Positions 57,837 through 64,000 of a stretch of DNA of 64,000 nucleotides are shown here, one piece after another. Within the stretch, counting starts at the first letter, position 1. Every line of letters starts with the position of its first letter. A program made the position numbers and the translations under genes. The stretch is from the NCBI GenBank assembly GCA_963769235.1, contig CAVYKW010000007.1:112630-176629 (forward strand). The letters run 5' to 3'. The notes below the pieces were generated by a model, which saw only the letters and a program-made list of their open reading frames with translations, did no database searches and was not told where the DNA came from. The stretch is from an uncultured Acidobacteriaceae bacterium (lineage in GTDB: Bacteria; Acidobacteriota; Terriglobia; Terriglobales; Acidobacteriaceae).

Positions 57837-59357
57837 ATGGCGGCCACTCCCACAACTACGCAGCAACATCCGCGCCTGGCAGTACAGGCGTTTTGGTTGA
57901 CGGCGTCCAAATTTATCGCTGCCATCCTGAACATCGGCCTGCCCATTCTGCTGGTGCGCCTGATGGCGCAAACCGAATACGGTATCTACAAAGAAGCATT
58001 CCTGTTTGTGTCCACGGCCACCAACGTCGCGACCTTCGGCGTGGGGATGAGCGCGTTCTACTTCATGCCTCGTCAGCCGGAGCGCGGCGGACAAATCGCC
58101 CTCAACATCCTGATTTATAACTTCATCGCCGGATGGATTCCGCTCGTCATACTAGCGTTCTATCCGCGGGTTCTGCGCACACTGTTTCGCACCGACGCCC
58201 TCGCCCCGCTGGCCATCATGCTGGGCTTCCTGGTGCTGCTCACCCTGACCTCGAGCCTGGTGCAGCAAATCCCCACAGCGTTGCAGGACGTGCGTTACTC
58301 CACCATCTTCATCGTGGGCACGCAGATGGTGCGCGCCATCATGGTGGCGGGGGCGGTCATCTGGTTCCGCTCGGTGCGCGCCATCATAATCGCCACCATC
58401 ATCAATCAGGCGATGTCGATCGTGCTGCTGTTCTGGTATCTGCACGGAAAGTTTCCCCGCTTCTGGGCGAAGTTCGACTGGCCATTCTTCAAGGAGCAGC
58501 TGGCCTACGCGTTGCCCTATGGCGCTTTCGGCTTGCTGTGGGTTATCCAGAAAGACCTGGATAACTATTTTGTGAGCGCATCGCTCGGTCCCAAGGACTA
58601 CGCCATCTACGCCGTGGGCTGGATCGATGTGCCGCTGCTGACGCTGGTGCTGGAGTCGGTGGTATCGGTGATGATCGTGCGGATCAGCACCTTGCAAAAG
58701 GAAGATCGCAAGGCCGACATTCGCTATCTGACGGCTGCGGCCACCAATCGTATGGCGGCGCTGCAATTTCCGCTGTTCGTGATGCTGTGGGTCGCCGGGC
58801 ACGACCTGATCGTGCTGCTCTACACCCGCGCATATGAGAGGAGCGCGGATATCTTCCTGGTCAGCATCCTGTTGTTGCCTGCCGGCGTGTTTTTGCTGGA
58901 TCCCATCGTGCGTGCGTACAAAGACCTGCGGAATTTCCTGCTGGTGGTGCGCATCTGCATCTTCGTTGCCCTGTTCTGCGTGCTGGCGCCGGTGATCCAC
59001 TACTTCGGCATGATGGGAGCCGCGATCACTGCCGTAGCCGCTCAAGTGCTGGAGAGGTTCATCATTGCCTGGAGGGCCGCTCGCACCGTGGAAACGTCAT
59101 GGAGCGATGTGAAACTCTATGCCGACCTGTTCAAAATTACCGGCATCTCGGTCGGGGCAGGATTCGTGGCCTACGCTTTGCGCAACCTGATAAATCCGAG
59201 ACTGTTGATACCGAGGATTATCGTGGTCGGGCTGTGCATTGCGGCAATCTACTTGCCGGCGATGATGATGCTGCGTCTTCCCGGCGCGGAGTTGCTGACG
59301 AAGGAACGCCTGCTTGGCCTGATGCGAAGCAAGCTGGGCTGGGTCAAGAGCGCGTAA
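57837..59357 (+). CDS. polysaccharide/oligosaccharide flippase (MOP superfamily, Wzx/PST-like)
   Basis: About 14 predicted TM helices. The N-terminus ...FWLTASKFIAAILNIGLPILLVRLMAQTEYGIYKEAF is typical of PST-family flippases. Confidence 0.7.
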   Translation: MAATPTTTQQHPRLAVQAFWLTASKFIAAILNIGLPILLVRLMAQTEYGIYKEAFLFVSTATNVATFGVGMSAFYFMPRQPERGGQIALNILIYNFIAGWIPLVILAFYPRVLRTLFRTDALAPLAIMLGFLVLLTLTSSLVQQIPTALQDVRYSTIFIVGTQMVRAIMVAGAVIWFRSVRAIIIATIINQAMSIVLLFWYLHGKFPRFWAKFDWPFFKEQLAYALPYGAFGLLWVIQKDLDNYFVSASLGPKDYAIYAVGWIDVPLLTLVLESVVSVMIVRISTLQKEDRKADIRYLTAAATNRMAALQFPLFVMLWVAGHDLIVLLYTRAYERSADIFLVSILLLPAGVFLLDPIVRAYKDLRNFLLVVRICIFVALFCVLAPVIHYFGMMGAAITAVAAQVLERFIIAWRAARTVETSWSDVKLYADLFKITGISVGAGFVAYALRNLINPRLLIPRIIVVGLCIAAIYLPAMMMLRLPGAELLTKERLLGLMRSKLGWVKSA

Positions 59358-59471
59358 AGGGTAGAGCGGCGCTTCAGCGCCGCGTTCAGGCCACACTAAA
59401 TGTGGGGCTTCAGTGTTTGCATGAGAACTAGAGTTTCGCATAGGCGGTGGAATTCAACGGCCAAGAAACCA

Positions 59472-59565
59472 GCGCCGTAGGCGCGGAACAGCTTAGCCCA
59501 GCACGCAGCCACAGGCGGAGTGCTGGGCTAAGTGAGAAATTAGATGAGTCCCGTAGGGACGGCAG
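59472..59565 (+). repeat. three-hairpin intergenic repeat element, copy 2
   Basis: GCGCC-GTA-GGCGC (59472-59484); CTTAGCCCAGCAC-N15-GTGCTGGGCTAAG (59492-59532); TCCC-GTA-GGGA (59549-59559). It has the same order, orientation and loop sequence (GCAGCC...GGCGGA) as copy 1. Confidence 0.6.
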
Positions 59566-59682
59566 ATGTTCTCACGCAGACACTGAAGGCCAGCTCTACC
59601 CTAGGACGACGGTGGCCGGAATCGCAGCTAGCCGGGGTTTTTCAGCAGGCTGTTAGTCCGGACTCGGGTTCGCGAGTTTTCC

Positions 59683-60771
59683 TCAGAAGTTGTAATATCG
59701 TGCCGCGCCGAACACCATCGCCAGCGTAATTCCCGCGATAGCGATTTCACCGATCGCGCCTACCAGCAATGGCTTAATCCCCTGCGCGCGCAACCGGCGG
59801 AAATTCGTACGCAGACCCACGCCGGCGAAGGTCAGCAGAAATGCCCAACGTGACAGGTTTGCCAGGCTCCCGAGCTGAGGTTTGCTGAAGAACCCAACCG
59901 TCGCCAGCACGGAGATCAGCAGGAACCCGAGCACGAACTTGGGAAACTTGCGCCACAAGAACGCAGCCTTGTTGTCGACCTGTTTGGCTCCGCCTCGGGC
60001 TGCGAAATAGACGGCGAAGCCGAGCACCACGAAGCCGATGGTCGCGTTGCGCGTGGTCTTGGCGAGCACCGCGATCTTTCCGGCCGCATCGGAATAAATC
60101 GCGCCAGCCGCAGTAGCTTCCGCGGTGTTATCCACCGCTAGCCCGGCCCACAGGCCATAAGCGTGATCGCTCAGATGCATGGCGTGCCCGATAAGAGGGA
60201 ACAGAAACAGCGAGATTGCTCCCAACGCGAGAATGGCCGCGATCGCGTAAGAGGCGTCCTCGTCGTCGGCCTCGATCGCTCCCTGGGCGGCGATGATGGC
60301 CGACACACCGCATATCGACGAGCCCACCGCCAGCAAGCTGGTGAGCTTTGGATTCAATCCGAACAGCCGTCCCAAGACAGACATGAAGGCGATCGACAGC
60401 AGCAGTTCCACCGCGACCAGCACCAGGCTGATGCCGCCCAACTTCGCCACATCGCCCAGCAAGAAACGCGCGCCCAACAGAACGATGCCTGCCTTCAGAA
60501 AAAACTCGTAGCTGCCCACGCCAGCGTCAAAGATCTTCGGGAGGTCAATGGTGTTGCCGATGACCAGTCCGATCAGGATGGCCCACAACACGTACTCGAT
60601 GTTGGGAAGGCGCAGATGATGCGACTTGGCATAGATCGCGATCGATTGCTCGATCAGCTTCCCGAGCAGGCCAATCGCCGCCAGCAGCGCGACGCCGGGT
60701 ACAAACTGCATCAGTTTGTTGAAGGGGCGCAACGGCTCAACGCGAGGCAATACCAGGGATCCTTGTGACAT
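59683..60771 (-). CDS. YeiH/UPF0324-family membrane protein (putative sulfate-exporter family)
   Basis: Multi-TM protein. FVPGVALLAAIGLLGKLI... and ...VGSSICGVSAIIAA are characteristic of Cons_hypoth698/YeiH. Confidence 0.75.
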   Translation of the reverse strand: MSQGSLVLPRVEPLRPFNKLMQFVPGVALLAAIGLLGKLIEQSIAIYAKSHHLRLPNIEYVLWAILIGLVIGNTIDLPKIFDAGVGSYEFFLKAGIVLLGARFLLGDVAKLGGISLVLVAVELLLSIAFMSVLGRLFGLNPKLTSLLAVGSSICGVSAIIAAQGAIEADDEDASYAIAAILALGAISLFLFPLIGHAMHLSDHAYGLWAGLAVDNTAEATAAGAIYSDAAGKIAVLAKTTRNATIGFVVLGFAVYFAARGGAKQVDNKAAFLWRKFPKFVLGFLLISVLATVGFFSKPQLGSLANLSRWAFLLTFAGVGLRTNFRRLRAQGIKPLLVGAIGEIAIAGITLAMVFGAARYYNF

Positions 60772-60789
60772 GATTTTTTTCTTGCAGCG

Positions 60790-60921
60790 TTACCAGGGAA
60801 CTCGATGAATGAGTCCGACGCGCACCAGCAGCGCCAGGACCAGGGCAACGATGACTGCCCATGTGTCCAGCGAAAGAGTCGCAGCAGGAGTTCCACCCGA
60901 CTTCTGATTCACGATAGCCAA
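60790..60921 (-). CDS. candidate 43-aa single-TM small protein upstream of the YeiH-family gene
   Basis: Hand translation from TTG 60921, with GGAG 10 nt upstream, gives (M)AIVNQKSGGTPAATLSLDTWAVIVALVLALLVRVGLIHRVPW. It stops 19 nt before the yeiH-like ATG. It is not in the ORF track because it is under 60 aa. Confidence 0.3.
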   Translation of the reverse strand: MAIVNQKSGGTPAATLSLDTWAVIVALVLALLVRVGLIHRVPW

Positions 60922-61115
60922 AATTAAATAACTCCTCGCGCCAACGCCGCGTAGAAACACGGTGGGTTCGATTCTTCACAGAATCAACCTTCATACCACA
61001 GCGCAACGATTGTTCAGGTGAATTGGGCGAGAAACTCTTCTAACAGGGCTCCGTTTCGGGAATCAGCCCGTGAAGGGACGGACAACCTGGGCACCAAGCT
61101 CAAGAATCATGCGGA

Positions 61116-62603
61116 TCAAGCCGTTCGTGTGGTTACGCGTTCGGTCGCCAGTGCGAGCACCGATTCCACCAGCAAGTCGAAGTCGTCGCGCCGGCTGCGA
61201 TGGTTGGTGATGGCGACGCGGATCGCGACTTTGCCATTGATACGAGTCGTCGACGGCGCCGCAATTCCGCGCTCCTGCAAGTCGGCCACGATGTCGCGAT
61301 TGAGTCGATCCACTTCCTCGGCGGTCATGTCCGAGGGGCTGTACCGGAAGCACACAACATTCAGCGTCGGAGCCGCCAGCAATTCCAGCGGCGGATTGGC
61401 CTGCACCAACTTCGCCAGATATTGGGCCTGACGGCAATTCTTCTCGATCATGCGGGCAAAGCCGCTGGCTCCGTGCGTCTTCAAGGCAAACCAGATCTTC
61501 AGCGCACGAAAGCTGCGTGACAGCTCCGGCCCCAGGTCGGTGAACCACTCGCCGCCGCCGGCGAGACCCCGATCGAGATGCTGCAAGTAGTCCGGCCGCG
61601 TGGCGAACGCCTTCTGGTGAAGTTTCCCATCGCGTACCAGCACGCAACCTGCGTCGTACTGCACGTACATCCATTTATGGAAGTCGAAGGCCACCGAGTC
61701 CGAGCGCCCGATGCCGGCGATCATGGGCCGCAGCGTCTCGCTCAAACCGCATAGCGCACCGAAAGCGGCGTCCACGTGAAACCAAATCCCCTCCGACTGG
61801 CAAATATCAGCCAGGGCAGAGAGATCGTCCATGCCGCCAGTGTTGACCGTTCCCGCACACCCGATCACGCAGAATGGCTGGCGGCCGGCACGCCGGTCTT
61901 CGTCGATCGCCTGGCGCAGCGCGAGAGTGTCGATAGCGAACTTGTGGTCGACCGGAATTTCGCGCAGAGAGTTACGGCCGAGGCCAAGTAGTTCCAGCGC
62001 CTTGGCTACCGAGCTGTGCGCTTCACTCGACGCATAGGTGACGAGCGGCTTCGGCGCGCCGGCGATGCCTTCTGCGCGCACATCGCAACCGGCTTTCGCA
62101 TTGCGCGCTACGGCCAAGCCGATCACGCTGCCCATGGAGGTGCCGCTGACGACGATACCGCTGGAGGCTGCCGGATAGCCCACAATTTGACGGCACCAAT
62201 CGACGACTTGCCGCTCGACGTAGAGTCCTCCGTGATCGCGCCCGCCGCAGTTGGAGTTCATGGCTGCGCCCATGATTTCGGCGATGAGCCCGCTCGCCAG
62301 ACCCGTGCCATGCACCCATCCCCAAAAACGCGGATGAATATTGCCGCTGGGGTAGGGAAGCACCAGCTCGCGAAGATCGCGGTAGCTCTCCGTCAACTCC
62401 TGCGGATGCTGCGGCAGCGCCACGTCGAGCCGCTGCTTCACTTCCGGCGGTACCGGTTGCCACACGGGGCGCTGGCGCACATCGCGAAGATAGTCGATGG
62501 CTTCGTCGAGGGCGCCGTGCGCTACTCGCCGGAACTGCTCCCAGTCGTGCGGGTCAAGCGATTCGTCCAGCGACATGTCGCGCTCATCATCCAACCTTTG
62601 CAT
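61116..62603 (-). CDS. PLP-dependent group II decarboxylase (aromatic-amino-acid/tyrosine decarboxylase-like)
   Basis: Preferred ATG 62603 (MQRLDDERDMSL). Motifs are SGTSMGSVIGLAVAR, HVDAAFG and SVAFDFHKWMYVQYDAG, which carries the PLP lysine. Confidence 0.85.
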   Translation of the reverse strand: MQRLDDERDMSLDESLDPHDWEQFRRVAHGALDEAIDYLRDVRQRPVWQPVPPEVKQRLDVALPQHPQELTESYRDLRELVLPYPSGNIHPRFWGWVHGTGLASGLIAEIMGAAMNSNCGGRDHGGLYVERQVVDWCRQIVGYPAASSGIVVSGTSMGSVIGLAVARNAKAGCDVRAEGIAGAPKPLVTYASSEAHSSVAKALELLGLGRNSLREIPVDHKFAIDTLALRQAIDEDRRAGRQPFCVIGCAGTVNTGGMDDLSALADICQSEGIWFHVDAAFGALCGLSETLRPMIAGIGRSDSVAFDFHKWMYVQYDAGCVLVRDGKLHQKAFATRPDYLQHLDRGLAGGGEWFTDLGPELSRSFRALKIWFALKTHGASGFARMIEKNCRQAQYLAKLVQANPPLELLAAPTLNVVCFRYSPSDMTAEEVDRLNRDIVADLQERGIAAPSTTRINGKVAIRVAITNHRSRRDDFDLLVESVLALATERVTTRTA

Positions 62604-62831
62604 ATTTGAATTGTAACTTTGCTGTGCGGGAGAGAACAGTGACGGACGTCGAACGCGTGCTGCGAACAGCGATGTGTGCCCACGCAAAACCGTAAGACGG
62701 CTCGACCGCCTTCATCGTGACCCGTTGTCCTTGTGCTAAACTGACGCGCAATACCTCACAGCGGAGCGTCTCTCAACTTGTCGGGATTCCTGGTCCAGAG
62801 CTTTAACGAGCCGTCGCTACCTTCTACCCCA

Positions 62832-64000
62832 ATGAAGCTGGTGGACCTGGGTGGAAGCGAAATCACCGAGAGCTGCCAGTTGGGCAACGTCAGGGCAGCA
62901 TGGGCGTATTGGCGCGGCAGCCGGCAATGGCAGATCACGCGCGTCGAAAATCGCGTTGTACTTATCGAAGGGCAGCCCGACCGTTTTCCGCGGACAAATG
63001 AGCCGATCGAGCAGTGGCTGGAAGGCCGCTCCGGCAGCTTTCGCGGCTTTGAAATCGCGCAGGACCGTAACTCGCAGCGAGCTGTGGTTCGTGTCTTCAC
63101 CGATCCGCTTTGCACGCGGCCCGTCTACTACCTGATTTCCGACCGCGGTGTGTGCATCGCCGACAAGCTGTCGACCGTCGTGTTGAATGCGGCCGGTCCA
63201 CTCGAAGCTGACTGGGGTGGGCTGCTGGAGGCCGCCATCCTGGCGTCGCTCTACTCGCATAAGACGACCGTAAAGAATGCTGTATGGATGGAGCCGGGGC
63301 AGGCGTTGGAGTTCGAAGGCGCAACCCTTCGCCGCAAGTGGAAGAACGCGTTGCCGCAGGATGCGGCGCTGACCAAGAGCGAAGTCACAGCGCGTCCGGC
63401 GGAAACTTTGCGCTTCGCGATCGAGAAAGCGATCGGCGAAACCTGGACCGATCCCGAGACGCGGCTGCTGCTGAGCGGTGGGTTGGATTCGCGCATTCTG
63501 CTCTCGCTGGCGTCAGGCAAGAGAAAGACGCTGACGCTGGAGCTTTATTCGGACGAGACTGAGGTTGCCAAGCGGGTTGCGCAGGCGGCTGGCAGCGATC
63601 TCGACGTCATGCCCGCGCCCGACTATTCCTTCCCTATGAGTTGGGCTTATCTCGTGACCGGCTCGATGCACGACTCCAAGTTCGTCACTCATCTCGGCCT
63701 GGTGAAGGATTGGCGTGATCGCGGAATTCCCGGAATCACGCACGGATATTTTCATAACACCATGTATCGCGGCTGGACGGCCGGCCCTTATGAGCGCTAT
63801 CCCGCACGCGACACCATCTTGTTCAAGCTGATGGGCCGCAACGCCTACTACTTCGACAAGTACGGATGCAAGCAGTCGTCGTTCCAGCGCCAGCTTTACG
63901 GCTTGCTGAGTGCGGACGGCCAAGCGGTTCTGGGCACCCAGTTGTGCGAGCTCTCCGACTCGATGACGCCGGTGATGGTGGATGGCTACGACTTGACCTT
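62832..64000 (+). CDS. asparagine-synthase-family (PP-loop ATP pyrophosphatase) protein lacking the N-terminal Cys nucleophile; 3' end outside the window
   Basis: Hand translation from ATG 62832 gives MKLVDLGGSEITESCQLGNV...FTDPLCTRPVYYL...ETRLLLSGGLDSRILLSL.... It is open to base 64000 and absent from the ORF track because there is no stop. SGGLDS is the AsnB-type ATP-binding loop. Confidence 0.75.
   Translation, partial: MKLVDLGGSEITESCQLGNVRAAWAYWRGSRQWQITRVENRVVLIEGQPDRFPRTNEPIEQWLEGRSGSFRGFEIAQDRNSQRAVVRVFTDPLCTRPVYYLISDRGVCIADKLSTVVLNAAGPLEADWGGLLEAAILASLYSHKTTVKNAVWMEPGQALEFEGATLRRKWKNALPQDAALTKSEVTARPAETLRFAIEKAIGETWTDPETRLLLSGGLDSRILLSLASGKRKTLTLELYSDETEVAKRVAQAAGSDLDVMPAPDYSFPMSWAYLVTGSMHDSKFVTHLGLVKDWRDRGIPGITHGYFHNTMYRGWTAGPYERYPARDTILFKLMGRNAYYFDKYGCKQSSFQRQLYGLLSADGQAVLGTQLCELSDSMTPVMVDGYDLT

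Noticed and set aside
58152-59045. 297-aa minus-strand ORF inside the flippase gene; also 60163..60768 (plus) inside yeiH, 27574..28359 (plus) inside the MBL-rhodanese gene, 49784..50443 (minus) inside the NarL-type regulator, and 44499..45131 (minus) inside the kinase-like gene
   Set aside because: All are shadow ORFs opposite genes with strong motif support. They are His/Arg/Gln-rich and match no family.

Overview
GC-rich bacterial chromosome segment. The gene content suggests an Acidobacteriota-type soil bacterium, based on a VWFA-related-like secreted protein, BON/DUF4136/PiT/cydAB backbone genes and hairpin repeat elements; this is inference only. Positions 1-24,140 are an accessory, defence-flavoured genomic island. 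It ends in a lambda-style xis-int module abutting tRNA-Leu(UAA). The island carries a TIR + WGR-like + basic-tail fusion protein, which is the best candidate for something undescribed. It also holds a 4-gene translationally coupled serine-recombinase operon, a MarR gene preceded by five TATTCC-N5-GGAATA palindromes, a ChaC-like gene, an intact AbiEi/AbiEii pair and VapBC. Its type I R-M locus has an intact hsdS, one frameshift in hsdR and at least seven frameshifts in hsdM. There are several deletion scars: a helicase fragment, an HNH fragment, an integrase fragment and a decayed IS3-family element. A MITE-like element and a degenerate tRNA-like sequence are also present. Positions 24,141-64,000 look like ordinary backbone. 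This part contains cydAB with a CRP/FNR-type site, an MBL-rhodanese sulfur enzyme, an AraC/aldo-keto reductase/cupin cluster, and a polytopic membrane protein with a methyltransferase. It continues with a 1,350-aa Cys-rich secreted giant, an unlisted 48-aa metallothionein-like ORF, a PAS/GAF histidine kinase, BON, a YbaK-like gene, DUF47-PiT, an OMP and two response regulators. After these come a Tyr/Gly/Asn-rich secreted protein with a DUF4136 lipoprotein, an ABC exporter, a PLD-like protein, and a flippase flanked by two copies of a three-hairpin repeat. The window ends with a YeiH-family gene, a PLP decarboxylase and a partial asparagine-synthase-like gene. No CRISPR array or rRNA was seen. 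All family calls rest on motif recognition by eye; no database search was run.
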